A stretch of DNA of 64,000 nt from a virus: IMG/VR virus record IMGVR_UViG_3300008107_000046, positions 10,722-74,721 of that record; one strand, written 5' to 3'. Below the pieces are notes generated by a model. The model was not told the DNA's origin. It was given only the letters and a program-made list of their open reading frames with translations, and searched no databases. Below are positions 9,401 to 19,719 of this stretch, piece by piece. The translations under genes were made by a program, and so were the position numbers. Numbering within the stretch: position 1 is the stretch's first letter; each line of letters begins with the position of its first letter.

Positions 9401-10537
9401 ATGAAAAACGAAGTAAATTTTAAATATATTGATGTCTTTGATAACAAAGATGTAACTTATGATTTGGAAAAATATCCAATGAATAAGATTATTCTTAGGG
9501 AAGTACAAAAATATTATCCAAGTGTCCAAGATCTAAGTCTTCTTCATGAACATATTGAAGGTGGAAAAGTATCTGATTTAATGTCTAAGGTAAGTAAAGA
9601 CTTAACAAAGACTGAATTTTACGAGTACTTTGATGATATTGTTAAACAATATGTTGTATCCCAAATTGATCGTGATGTTTTAATCCAAAAATTTGGAAAT
9701 GTTAGGGCAGTTATTCCAAATCAAGACAAAATTGGCGCTCTTCTTCATTTTCATCAAGGAAGATGGGTTGGTAACGGTCTTGGATTAAGAACTGTTTGGA
9801 TGGCATTTACTGATTGTTATGAAAGTAATAGTTTACAAATTCTTCCTTTAGAGGAAAGTAGAAAAATTACGATTGACGCAGTTAAAGAAAATTGGACATA
9901 TGAAAAACTCCAAGAAGAATGTACAAAATATGCATTCCCTGTAACTATTAAACCTGGACAGTTTCATTTGTTTACTCAGGAACATATTCATGGCAATTTT
10001 CCAAATCTCACTAATAAAACGAGAATTAGTATTGATGTAAGAATTCTATTGAAAGATGGTCAACCACACCGTAAATGGCCTGGTGCTTACTTTAGGAAAT
10101 TGGGAGATCTTGATATTAATTCTACACCAGTAGAAATTAAATCAGGTGAATCTACAGCAACATATGCTGAGTATGAAGGATTTAAAACAAAAGGAATTGA
10201 TCTTCATTTTCAAACTCTTACCGTAAGAAATTATTGTTCCAGAATGGGATATGTTTTCCCATATCAACATGCGGATAATGAAGGTACTCACCATGCACAT
10301 TTAGAACATTTAATTGAGCATGGAAATATTGATCATTTGTTCCTGTTTAGTATTTTTTCACTACCAGATGATCCAGATAGAAGACAATATTTAATGAATT
10401 TAGCTTTAAAGAGTAATTGTAAACTGCACTTTGCAAATGAAGAATTTGTACTTGACAATGAGAAAATGTTGAGTAAAATAGAGTACTTACGATCGTTTAC
10501 GAATGATTGGACAAATCCTGTTGATCAAGTTCTATGA
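9401..10537 (+). CDS. Fusion of a 2OG-Fe(II) enzyme (StrG/TIGR04324-like, HxG motif) and a TIGR04323-like domain
   Basis: N-domain 'LLHFHQGRW.G...VWMAFTDCYESNSL...HGN..N....TRISIDVR'. C-domain 'Q.LTVRNYC...FSIFSLP....R......AL.....LHFANE'. Confidence 0.72.
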   Translation: MKNEVNFKYIDVFDNKDVTYDLEKYPMNKIILREVQKYYPSVQDLSLLHEHIEGGKVSDLMSKVSKDLTKTEFYEYFDDIVKQYVVSQIDRDVLIQKFGNVRAVIPNQDKIGALLHFHQGRWVGNGLGLRTVWMAFTDCYESNSLQILPLEESRKITIDAVKENWTYEKLQEECTKYAFPVTIKPGQFHLFTQEHIHGNFPNLTNKTRISIDVRILLKDGQPHRKWPGAYFRKLGDLDINSTPVEIKSGESTATYAEYEGFKTKGIDLHFQTLTVRNYCSRMGYVFPYQHADNEGTHHAHLEHLIEHGNIDHLFLFSIFSLPDDPDRRQYLMNLALKSNCKLHFANEEFVLDNEKMLSKIEYLRSFTNDWTNPVDQVL

Positions 10538-10716
10538 AAATTAATCTTTGGTATTGTAATGATATGAAACAATGGCGTTGGACCTTATGTGATGATTCGA
10601 GACCTATATTAAAGCAAGAATCTGGTCAACAACCAAATCTTAGAGATGCAATGAATGATGTGGCAAATACTGTTGAATATATACTTGACAAACAAGAAAA
10701 TGGTGCTATAATTTAA
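10534..10716 (+). CDS. Hypothetical protein
   Basis: 60-aa ORF with ATGA overlap. Confidence 0.6.
   Translation: MKINLWYCNDMKQWRWTLCDDSRPILKQESGQQPNLRDAMNDVANTVEYILDKQENGAII
10685..10712 (+). promoter_or_regulatory. Sigma70 promoter with extended -10
   Basis: TTGACA (10685-90), 16-nt spacer, TGcTATAAT (-10 at 10707-12). Confidence 0.75.
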
Positions 10717-10717
10717 T

Positions 10718-10782
10718 TGCGATACTAATTCGCAGTGACCCAAAAAGTGTGACTTCAGAACCCTCTTTTAGAGGGTTTTGTT
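10718..10782 (+). ncRNA. Candidate ~65-nt small RNA
   Basis: Lies between the sigma70 promoter and an intrinsic terminator. 5' hairpin TGCGA/TCGCA. No ORF. Confidence 0.5.
10756..10782 (+). terminator. Rho-independent terminator
   Basis: Stem AACCCTCT-TTT-AGAGGGTT followed by a T-rich tail. Confidence 0.7.
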
Positions 10783-10810
10783 GTATTAAAATCACTATTT
10801 TTTATGTGAA

Positions 10811-10816
10811 TAAATA
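10811..10816 (+). promoter_or_regulatory. T4-like late promoter (TAAATA)
   Basis: ATAAATA 30 nt upstream of the large fibre gene. Confidence 0.6.
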
Positions 10817-10845
10817 AAACATAGTAGAAACCTAAGAGTAATAAA

Positions 10846-13800
10846 ATGGGTCTTAGTCGCTTAGATAATTTCTTAAAAAATAGCAGAGGAAATACTCTGT
10901 ATGTCGATCCATCGAGTATTGACGCTACAGACAGTATTGAAAATCAAGGTAATTCTCTTGCTCGCCCGTTTAAAACAATTCAGAGAGCACTGATAGAAGC
11001 AGCAAGATTTTCATATCAGCGAGGATTTGATAATGATAGGTTTGGTAGAACCACTATCATAGTTTATCCTGGTGATCATATTATTGATAATAGACCTGGA
11101 TGGATACCTATTCATGAAGCACCTGTAAGTGGTAGTAACTGGAGACAAAGAAGTGGTGCATTATCAAATGATTTTACTGCGTTTAATTTAGATTCTAATT
11201 TTGATGTATTTGATGATAATAATGATCTGTATAAATTTAATAGTGTTTATGGTGGAGTAATAATACCTCGTGGTACATCTTTAGTAGGACTTGATTTAAG
11301 AAAGACTAAAATCAGACCAAGATTTGTACCTGATCCTACAAATGATAATATTCAAACAACTGCTATTTTCAGAGTAACTGGTTCTTGCTATTTTTATCAG
11401 TTTACTCTTTTTGATGCCGATCCAGCAGGAACTGTTTATAATTCTTATAATAATACAAAATTTGTACCTAATTTTTCACATCATAAAGTAACTGCGTTTG
11501 AATATGCGGATGGAGCAAATCCAGTAAGTATTAATGATACATTTTTAAACTATTATACTGATAGAACTGATTTAGACTTATATTATCAAAAAATTGGACT
11601 TGCTTATGGTCCTTCAAGTGGAAGAGAAATTGCTAATGATTATCCTAGCACCGCTATAGATGTTCAAGCAAAAGTAGATGAATTTAGAATTGTTGGATCA
11701 AAAGGACAAGATGTTGGTATTACTAGCATAAGATCTGGTGATGGTGTAACTGCTAGTACCACAATTACTGTTGATTTAGAAGAAATTATTCCAGGTTTGG
11801 ATGTAGATACTCCAATCAGAATTGAAGGAGTTCCAGTATCTGGATATAATGGTCAATATGTAATTTCTACAGTAGAAACTCCAACTAGGATTACCTATAA
11901 AACTTCAGTCGCTCCTGTTAATCCTTTACCACTAATAGTAAGTGGTTCTCCTACATTAAACGTTGTAGTTGACACTGTAACATCATCTTCTCCATACATA
12001 TTCAACTGTTCTTTAAGATCAGTTTTTGGTATGTGTGGTCTTCATGCTGATGGAAGTAAATCAGATGGATTTAAATCAATGGTTGTTGCCCAATTCACAG
12101 GAATTGGACTTCAAAAAGATGATAATGCTTTTGTAAGATATAATAATTCTACAGGTGTATATGAGGATAATACTGCAGTAACGAATATTCACACAAATTC
12201 TTCTGCATTATATAAACCAACTTATGAAAGTTTCCATATTAAAGCATCTAATGATGCATTCCTACAATTAGTATCTATTTTTGCTATTGGTTATGCAAAT
12301 CACTTCTTAGTGGAAAGTGGTGGTGATCACTCTATTACTAACTCAAACTCCAACTTTGGTGCAAAGGCATTAGTTGCAAGAGGATTTAAGCGTGACGCTT
12401 TCCCAAGAGATGATACTGGATTTATAACTCACATTATACCACCAAAAGAAATTGAAACCTCAGATGTTACGATTGAATTTGATGCTATTGATGTTAATGC
12501 AACTGTTGGTGTTGGATCAACAACTAGACTGTACTTATATAACAGAACCAACCCTAATGACCCACCAAATCACATTGTAGAAGGATACAGAATTGGTGCT
12601 AAAGTAGACGATAGTTTGCATGTGTTGTTGAATGATGGTAGTGGTACTACAAGATCACTATCTGCTAGAATTATTATGCCTAATACCCAAAATACGGGTG
12701 TTTACGAATCAACTTCTAGAAAAATAGTTCATGTTGGTAGAACGACTGCAGGAATTAATAGTATTGCTGCGGATACATTAACATTTACTACTCCACATAA
12801 ATTTATTAATGGTGAAACTATTAGAATTACCAGTAGCACTGGTGAATTACCTGATGGATTAAGACATAATCAGGTTTACTATGCAATAACAAATGGTGTA
12901 AACTCTGACCAAATTCAAATTGCACAGACATTTAATGATACTGTTACTGCAGATGCAATTTCAATTAATAATAAAGGTGGTATATTAGTCGTAGAAAGTA
13001 GAGTATCTGATAAAGTTTCTGGTGATATTGGACATCCTATTCAGTTTGATAGTAATATAGGGCAATGGTATTTAACTGTAAGTGGAATTTCTACATTTAA
13101 TAATCTTACTTCTGCTATTGTTGGTCTAGGGACAAATGGATTAGGTAGTGCGACTTCCAGATCATTTATAAAAAGAACCCCAGATACTAGATCTTTATCC
13201 GATAAAATTTACAAAGCAAGATATATTATTCCAAGAGATTCTGTTGTTGTTGCTAGACCACCTCAGGAAGGATTTGTAATTCAAGAATCTAATGATAATA
13301 TTGGACCAAATGCTGCCGAAATTATAAAGTACAATAGTGTAGATTCTGTAAACTTATCTAATAGTTCTGAATTAAGAAACTATAGATTAATATCTGATGC
13401 TATTTGGGATAATTTAGTTGGTATTGCAACTTTTACTACAGAAGTTGCACATGAACTTTCTGCAGGTTCTTTAATTGAGATTAAAAATATTAAGACAACT
13501 ACCAATGTAAATGGTATTGGAAACAGTGGATTTAATGGATACCATGTAGTTTCATCAAAACCAACCAGAAGAACATTTACAGTTGGATTGACTACAAATC
13601 CTGGTACTTTTATAAACAATACTTCTGTTAGAGATGAAAATCTACCTTATTATAGTAGAGCAAAATTCAATAATACATTCGTAGTATATAAGTCTGATGA
13701 AATTCAAGAGTATGTTCCAAATGATAAAGATGGAATTTATCATTTAACCCTGCTAAGTGTTTCGAATTCACCAAATGTAGTACCATTTGATGGACTAAGA

Positions 13801-16731
13801 TTTTCTCAACCAATTAAAAATCTTTATCCTCAGTTAGATCGTGATAATTCAAATTCCGATCCACAAAAGGCAACATCGTTTGCACTACCAAATCCAATTG
13901 GTTTAGTTGAAGTTGATAACCCAGAACATAGTATTACTAGAGAAACTTTAGTTAATAAATTACATGATTTTGCAGTTGGTTTTGGACTAACTGACATTCA
14001 ATCATCATCTGGTGTTGCTCATACCTTATATACAAAATTAGATCATGGTCTTAATAGAATTACTAGAGTTGGTATTGTAAGTACTGGACGAAATTATGGA
14101 AATGGTTCAGGAACAGATCAAACTTTATACAATGCAAAGTTAGTTGGATTTGCTGGATCTACTACTGGTAAGTATGCAACTGCTAATATAAAAATTAATG
14201 CATCTGGTTCTATTACTGCTGTTAATATTGTTGATGGTGGTAGTGCATATGGCATTGGTAATACTTTAGCAATCGTTGGTGTTGCAACAACTTCCGCTCA
14301 TATTGTTGGTGTTGTAAGTGTAACTCAAATTTATAATAATATCGGTGATACCATTGCAGTAGAAGGTGTTCAGGGAGATACTTTTAAAACATATAATAAC
14401 TTATACAGAATTACAAGTATAAATGTGGGGCAAGAGAAACAAATTCAAGTTTCTTCTGCATCAACAATTACTGCAGATTATGAATTTATTGGATCATTAC
14501 CAATAATTGGTGTTAATACTAATGGATTGGTCAAAGTTAATACTGATGCTTTATTGTATACTGCAGCATATGTAACTGGAAAAACCATAGGAATTTCATC
14601 AATATCCTATCAAAAAACAACTGGTATTGCTAGTGTTACATTTTCACAACCTCATGGATATTATGTTGATAATAAAGTAAGAATTAGTGGATTTAATGAG
14701 AATTTCTTTAATGGGGATTTTATTGTTAAGAAAATTAATAGTGTAAATTCTTTTGATATTAATGTTGGTGTAAATACTATTTCCTTAGGAACTACTACAA
14801 ATACTGGTGCATATGCATTTAAACCTGGATTTGGTGCTCAAGGTGGATTTTTAAATGTTAATAATGAAAGAAGTTCTGGTAGAATTACCCCATATTATGC
14901 TGGAATTACAACTACGTTATCTATTGCATTAACAAACCCAAATACAAATACACTTACTGTTGCTGATGCTCTAAGACTTAATCTGCAGGTTGGTGATTAT
15001 CTTATTGTAGATAGTGAGATAATGAGAGTTTCTTCTACAGTAACATCTTCAACACAAATTAATGTTTTCCGTGGTTTATTTGGTAGTTCTAAAGAAAGTC
15101 ATCCACTTAATTCTGTTGTAAGAAGAGTTAAATTTATCCCAATTGAATTTAGAAGGAACTCAATTCTTCGTGCTTCTGGTCATACATTTGAGTATCTTGG
15201 ATTTGGTCCTGGTAACTATTCTACTGCTCTTCCAGAAAGACAGGATAGAAAGTTTACTGATACTGAAAGAGTACTGTCACAATCAGTAAGTGATGATGGT
15301 GGTGCTCCAATTTACACTGGTATGGATGACAGAGGTAATAATTATACTGTTAATGCTGTTACTAATTCATCTACTGGTCAAGAACTTCTTGTAAATACTC
15401 CAATACCTTCTGTTAGAGGTGAAGATTTAACATCAGACACAACTTCTGTTGGATTTGATGTACAATCAACATCAGAGTTAACAATTCAAAGATCATTAAA
15501 AGTTGAAGGTGGAAATGCTGGAACTATAATTTCGGAATTTAATGGTCCTGTTATATTCAACAATAAGTTATCATCTAATTCTGATGAAGGTATTGAAGCA
15601 AATTCCCTATATTTACAGGGTGATGCTACTATCTCTAGAAAGTACACTGTTGGTGTATCGCAACCATCTTTAGCAGGTAACCCAGGAGATATTGTATTTT
15701 ATTCTGATCCTCATCCAGGTGGAACGATTGGATGGGTTTATACAGTAGAAAATAATTGGAAAGAATTTGCACCAATTAAGAATGAAAATGGGCACTTTGT
15801 TGGTATCTTCAGTGGTTCATTTATTGGTGATGGATCTGCTCTTAGTAGTGTATCTGATATTTGGGTTTTTGATGGTGTTGGTATTTCAACGACTGCTAAT
15901 GTTGGTATCGAAACAACTTCAGCAAAACCAGGATATTCGCTTTATGCTTCTGGACCAGTATTATTTGAAAATAACGTAGAATTTAGATCTCAGTCTCTAC
16001 TTTGGAATATTACTAATGGTTTCTTAGTTAATACTGGTATTACTACATTTAATCAACAATTGAATGCTAATACATTTAGAACTGTTGGTGTTGCTACGTT
16101 CCAAAATGATATTATTGTAACTACTAATCCAGCAACAACTGGAGATACTGCTGGTAATTATTTAAAATTTGTTCAAACTGATACTGCTATCAACTCTTCG
16201 TATTTCTATGGTGGAATTCTTTGGGATGGTAATGATACTGGTAATAATGGAACTAGAGGATATATTAGAGGAGAATCTGAAGGAACTTCTGGTCAATTTG
16301 CTATAACTTTTGGTACTCAATCAACTGGTGCAAGTAATCCACAGGAAAGATTGAGACTTGATAGTGTTGGTGATGTTAATGTCACTAACAATTTAAATGT
16401 TGGTATTAATATTGTTGCTTCTGGTGAAATAACTGCCAATTCTGATGAAAGAATTAAAACTAATATTAAGACTATTGATAATGCACTTGATAAAGTTCTT
16501 CAACTTCGTGGAGTTGAGTATGATCGTACAGATATTGAAAAGCATCAAATTGGTGTTATTGCTCAAGAGGTTGAGAAAGTCTTACCAGACTTAGTTTTAG
16601 ATGGTGAGAAAAAGTCTGTTGCGTATGGTAACATGGTAGCAGTTCTTATCGAAGCGATCAAAGAGCAACAAAAACAAATTGATGCTCAAGGTAAGCAAAT
16701 CGAGGAACTTTTAAAGAGACTTGACGGATAA
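10846..16731 (+). CDS. Large tail fibre/structural protein with C-terminal peptidase S74 intramolecular chaperone
   Basis: 1961 aa. N-terminal 'LYVDP...GNSLARPFKTIQRA'. C-terminal 'SDERIKTNI..IDNALDKV.QLRGV.Y...IGVIAQEVE..LP..V' followed by a coiled coil. Confidence 0.85.
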   Translation: MGLSRLDNFLKNSRGNTLYVDPSSIDATDSIENQGNSLARPFKTIQRALIEAARFSYQRGFDNDRFGRTTIIVYPGDHIIDNRPGWIPIHEAPVSGSNWRQRSGALSNDFTAFNLDSNFDVFDDNNDLYKFNSVYGGVIIPRGTSLVGLDLRKTKIRPRFVPDPTNDNIQTTAIFRVTGSCYFYQFTLFDADPAGTVYNSYNNTKFVPNFSHHKVTAFEYADGANPVSINDTFLNYYTDRTDLDLYYQKIGLAYGPSSGREIANDYPSTAIDVQAKVDEFRIVGSKGQDVGITSIRSGDGVTASTTITVDLEEIIPGLDVDTPIRIEGVPVSGYNGQYVISTVETPTRITYKTSVAPVNPLPLIVSGSPTLNVVVDTVTSSSPYIFNCSLRSVFGMCGLHADGSKSDGFKSMVVAQFTGIGLQKDDNAFVRYNNSTGVYEDNTAVTNIHTNSSALYKPTYESFHIKASNDAFLQLVSIFAIGYANHFLVESGGDHSITNSNSNFGAKALVARGFKRDAFPRDDTGFITHIIPPKEIETSDVTIEFDAIDVNATVGVGSTTRLYLYNRTNPNDPPNHIVEGYRIGAKVDDSLHVLLNDGSGTTRSLSARIIMPNTQNTGVYESTSRKIVHVGRTTAGINSIAADTLTFTTPHKFINGETIRITSSTGELPDGLRHNQVYYAITNGVNSDQIQIAQTFNDTVTADAISINNKGGILVVESRVSDKVSGDIGHPIQFDSNIGQWYLTVSGISTFNNLTSAIVGLGTNGLGSATSRSFIKRTPDTRSLSDKIYKARYIIPRDSVVVARPPQEGFVIQESNDNIGPNAAEIIKYNSVDSVNLSNSSELRNYRLISDAIWDNLVGIATFTTEVAHELSAGSLIEIKNIKTTTNVNGIGNSGFNGYHVVSSKPTRRTFTVGLTTNPGTFINNTSVRDENLPYYSRAKFNNTFVVYKSDEIQEYVPNDKDGIYHLTLLSVSNSPNVVPFDGLRFSQPIKNLYPQLDRDNSNSDPQKATSFALPNPIGLVEVDNPEHSITRETLVNKLHDFAVGFGLTDIQSSSGVAHTLYTKLDHGLNRITRVGIVSTGRNYGNGSGTDQTLYNAKLVGFAGSTTGKYATANIKINASGSITAVNIVDGGSAYGIGNTLAIVGVATTSAHIVGVVSVTQIYNNIGDTIAVEGVQGDTFKTYNNLYRITSINVGQEKQIQVSSASTITADYEFIGSLPIIGVNTNGLVKVNTDALLYTAAYVTGKTIGISSISYQKTTGIASVTFSQPHGYYVDNKVRISGFNENFFNGDFIVKKINSVNSFDINVGVNTISLGTTTNTGAYAFKPGFGAQGGFLNVNNERSSGRITPYYAGITTTLSIALTNPNTNTLTVADALRLNLQVGDYLIVDSEIMRVSSTVTSSTQINVFRGLFGSSKESHPLNSVVRRVKFIPIEFRRNSILRASGHTFEYLGFGPGNYSTALPERQDRKFTDTERVLSQSVSDDGGAPIYTGMDDRGNNYTVNAVTNSSTGQELLVNTPIPSVRGEDLTSDTTSVGFDVQSTSELTIQRSLKVEGGNAGTIISEFNGPVIFNNKLSSNSDEGIEANSLYLQGDATISRKYTVGVSQPSLAGNPGDIVFYSDPHPGGTIGWVYTVENNWKEFAPIKNENGHFVGIFSGSFIGDGSALSSVSDIWVFDGVGISTTANVGIETTSAKPGYSLYASGPVLFENNVEFRSQSLLWNITNGFLVNTGITTFNQQLNANTFRTVGVATFQNDIIVTTNPATTGDTAGNYLKFVQTDTAINSSYFYGGILWDGNDTGNNGTRGYIRGESEGTSGQFAITFGTQSTGASNPQERLRLDSVGDVNVTNNLNVGINIVASGEITANSDERIKTNIKTIDNALDKVLQLRGVEYDRTDIEKHQIGVIAQEVEKVLPDLVLDGEKKSVAYGNMVAVLIEAIKEQQKQIDAQGKQIEELLKRLDG

Positions 16732-16792
16732 TTGACCAATTGATAAACTGTCACAAGGGGTCCCCCAGGACCCCTTTGTTTTGCTGTATAAT
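16732..16792 (+). promoter_or_regulatory. Early-type promoter with palindromic element (copy 1); includes a hairpin that may terminate the fibre transcript
   Basis: TTGACCAATT-GATA-AACTGTCACA, hairpin AGGGGTCC/GGACCCCT, TATAAT at 16787-92. Confidence 0.7.
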
Positions 16793-16805
16793 AATTACAT
16801 CATCA

Positions 16806-18047
16806 ATGAGTTCCATGTTCCAACTTCGCCCCCATCAGAAATCTGCTCTTGAGGCGATGCTGCTCCATGCAAAAGGTATTGTCGTTGCTCCTACAGGCGC
16901 AGGTAAGAGCATCATCGCTATCTATGATACTATTCGCCATTTCGCTTTGGGAAACCAAACTGTGGTTGTGGTTGCTCCTAGACTGCTTCTTGCTCAGCAG
17001 TTGTGTTCTGAGTTCATGGAGCACATCACTGATGCTTCTGTAATGCATGTTCACTCTGCTAAAGACTGCAATTACTTTGCTACAACTAAACCTGATGAGA
17101 TTGGCGATTGGTGTGAAAATACTCAAGGTAACAAACTGATTTTTACAACTTATAATTCTCTTCAGCGCATCGTTGACGCAGGTATTCATGTCAATGCTAT
17201 CTATTTTGACGAAGCACACAATTCTGTTAAAAAATCATTTTTTGATGGCACACGCATTCTATCTAAGTATGCTAACCATTGCTATTTCTTTACTGCAACT
17301 CCGAAATATTCTTCTACTCCGAAAAAACCAGGAATGAATGATCATGAAGTTTATGGTAAGATCATCTTTAATGTTCCTGCTCCTGAACTAATTGCCAATG
17401 GTTCCATTCTTCCTCCTAAAATCAATGCTATGAATATTGGTTCTGCTCGTGATAAGGATCAGAATGCTGCTGAGAGGGATTGTATGACCCTCCTGGATAC
17501 TATTCTGAATGAAGATCATATGGACAAAGTTCTTGTTGCTGCTCCTAACACCAAGGTTTTAATTCGTATGATTGCTGAGACTGATTTCATGACAGAAGTT
17601 CAGTCTTATGGTTATGATGTTCTTTGGATCACTGCTAAGTATGGTGCATTTATCAACAACACAAAAATCAGTCGTGAAGAGTTCTTTAACAAGATCTCTG
17701 ACTTTGGTAAAGATCCTAACAAAAAGTTCATTGTCCTTCATTACTCCATCCTTAGTGAAGGTATTTCTGTGCCTGGTCTTACTTCTCTTGTTATGATGCG
17801 TCAGATGAATGTGATTGAGATGTGTCAGTCTATCGGTCGCGTTATCCGTCTTCATCTTGATGACATCAAAGCAATTCAGAACGGTCAAATCAAGGCGGGT
17901 GACTTGAATTCATATACTAAATCTTTTGGTCTAATCCATGTTCCTGTTTACAGCAACACTGGTATTTCCACAGTGCGTCGTCTTCAATCTGTTGTCGATA
18001 CTGTGTTTGTTGAGGGTCAACCTGCTATTTCAGTAATTAAAAAATGA
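16806..18047 (+). CDS. Superfamily 2 (DEAH-box) helicase
   Basis: Motifs Q (LRPHQ), I (APTGAGKS), II (DEAH), III (TAT), VI (QSIGRVIR). Confidence 0.9.
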   Translation: MSSMFQLRPHQKSALEAMLLHAKGIVVAPTGAGKSIIAIYDTIRHFALGNQTVVVVAPRLLLAQQLCSEFMEHITDASVMHVHSAKDCNYFATTKPDEIGDWCENTQGNKLIFTTYNSLQRIVDAGIHVNAIYFDEAHNSVKKSFFDGTRILSKYANHCYFFTATPKYSSTPKKPGMNDHEVYGKIIFNVPAPELIANGSILPPKINAMNIGSARDKDQNAAERDCMTLLDTILNEDHMDKVLVAAPNTKVLIRMIAETDFMTEVQSYGYDVLWITAKYGAFINNTKISREEFFNKISDFGKDPNKKFIVLHYSILSEGISVPGLTSLVMMRQMNVIEMCQSIGRVIRLHLDDIKAIQNGQIKAGDLNSYTKSFGLIHVPVYSNTGISTVRRLQSVVDTVFVEGQPAISVIKK

Positions 18048-18481
18048 AATACGAAGTTATACGAGATCAATTTTATGAGTGTTTGGATCTGACCTGGGAT
18101 GTTATCAACACTCAAGTTGAAAAAGAAATTCAAAATAATACATGTAGAATTATAGGTAACGATGAAGAAAAGACTATTCTTCTTTTAGATAATGAGAATT
18201 TTCATCCAATCATATCTAAAATGTATGCTATAATGAGATATAAGTATCGTCTTACGACTTTACATATATACACTTCACAAAATAATGCACAGACATTTGG
18301 AAGGCATTGTGATCAGTCAGACGTTTTAATTGTTCAATCAATAGGTAAAATGTCTTATAAATTTGATGATGGTGAATTAATCGTATTAAAACCTGGAGAT
18401 GGGGTTTACATCCCAAAAGGAATGTATCATGATCCTATTCCTATCGAACCTAGAGTGTCATTAAGTTTTTCTTGGAATTAA
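18044..18481 (+). CDS. Minimal JmjC/cupin 2OG-Fe(II) oxygenase
   Basis: 'FGRHCDQSDVLIVQ..GKM.Y...LKPGD.VYIPKGMYH'. Confidence 0.8.
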   Translation: MKYEVIRDQFYECLDLTWDVINTQVEKEIQNNTCRIIGNDEEKTILLLDNENFHPIISKMYAIMRYKYRLTTLHIYTSQNNAQTFGRHCDQSDVLIVQSIGKMSYKFDDGELIVLKPGDGVYIPKGMYHDPIPIEPRVSLSFSWN

Positions 18482-18483
18482 TT

Positions 18484-18657
18484 ATGTTAGAAGGATTTGT
18501 AACAAAAGATGGGTATGCAGCAGTACCTTTTGGAAAACAACTTATGGTTATTTACGATGGACAGCAGTTGAAAGTATGCAGAACAGAAAGTTCTGCTAGG
18601 AATTTTATTAAAAAACACTCTTCTCAACCAAAACCTGGAACTATTTTTGTACAATGA
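18484..18657 (+). CDS. Hypothetical protein
   Basis: Short ORF tightly packed in the operon. Confidence 0.55.
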   Translation: MLEGFVTKDGYAAVPFGKQLMVIYDGQQLKVCRTESSARNFIKKHSSQPKPGTIFVQ

Positions 18658-18863
18658 TGATGAAAAAGGAAAAAACTAAATTTGTTTGTGTTTCCCCTCT
18701 TTCAAACAAAGCACGATATCACTTTCATTTGCATATGGATAATCTCCATTCGTGCCGAGTAAAAGATGAAAAGGATGGTAAAATCTATCTTGAGTCTTTA
18801 AATAAACAGCATTATTTTTGGATCGATAAAAACTCTGATAAAAATTGGAAAATTGAAAAATGA
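18654..18863 (+). CDS. Hypothetical protein
   Basis: ATGA overlaps on both sides. Confidence 0.55.
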   Translation: MMMKKEKTKFVCVSPLSNKARYHFHLHMDNLHSCRVKDEKDGKIYLESLNKQHYFWIDKNSDKNWKIEK

Positions 18864-19066
18864 AAGTTCAAACAGAAACAGATGCTCTGGTAACTATTAC
18901 TGTTGACAGAGAAGGTTTAGAAACAATGATTAATGCAGCTTCTGCTGCTATTACTTATCTGAATGAATGGAATATGGGTGATGAATATGATACTGACATC
19001 ACCCCTTATCATGAAATTTTATACACTCTTAAACAAAAATACGAAAGTGTCTATGGAAAATTTTAG
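18860..19066 (+). CDS. Hypothetical protein
   Basis: ATGA overlap with the previous gene. Confidence 0.55.
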   Translation: MKVQTETDALVTITVDREGLETMINAASAAITYLNEWNMGDEYDTDITPYHEILYTLKQKYESVYGKF

Positions 19067-19256
19067 TATTGCTCGTTCTGAATTGATGCATTATAGACTG
19101 CAGGCATTCCTAAGGGAATTTAACTGCTCAGACATTGAATATATTGGGTTGCGTAATTCTGAACATTGGTATAAAATTGATGGGCATGAGGTAAATGTAA
19201 AGGATATTGAGGAATTTGATCAAATTGATGATGATGAACAAACAGTTACTTATTAA
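19053..19256 (+). CDS. Hypothetical protein
   Basis: Likely start at ATG 19053 within the track ORF 18963-19256. Confidence 0.5.
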   Translation: MENFSIARSELMHYRLQAFLREFNCSDIEYIGLRNSEHWYKIDGHEVNVKDIEEFDQIDDDEQTVTY

Positions 19257-19719
19257 TGATAAAAATCTAATAAATTATTTTTTAAATTTATTAGATTTTA
19301 TCCAAAATTATCCTCAAGTTTATAGGGATGTGACAAACCATTGCTTGTCTCCAAACTGTTTTGCATCAAATAATCTTTTAAATCTAATAACCGATAATCA
19401 ATTTGTAAATAAAATCAACTTTATTCTGGGAGAATGTGAGAAACATATTCCAGATAAGGTTGATTATTTTTATATTCATATGGTTGACTATAAAAATGGT
19501 GGGGATATGTTAATACATAAACATGATCACAATGAAGATTATTCGTTTATTTTATATTTGAATGACTGTGATGATGGGTATACAACTTTATATACTGATA
19601 GACCTATCAGAGTAAAACCAGAAACTGGTAAAATTCTTATATTTTCTTCTGATGTTTATCATTCAGCAACTTCTTCAAATAGTAAAAAAGTATTAGTCGG
19701 AGGATTAAAAATAAAATGA
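19231..19719 (+). CDS. 2OG-Fe(II) oxygenase
   Basis: 'Y..GG....HKHD..EDYSFILYLND...P..GKILIFSS...H'. Start position approximate. Confidence 0.75.
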   Translation: MMNKQLLINDKNLINYFLNLLDFIQNYPQVYRDVTNHCLSPNCFASNNLLNLITDNQFVNKINFILGECEKHIPDKVDYFYIHMVDYKNGGDMLIHKHDHNEDYSFILYLNDCDDGYTTLYTDRPIRVKPETGKILIFSSDVYHSATSSNSKKVLVGGLKIK

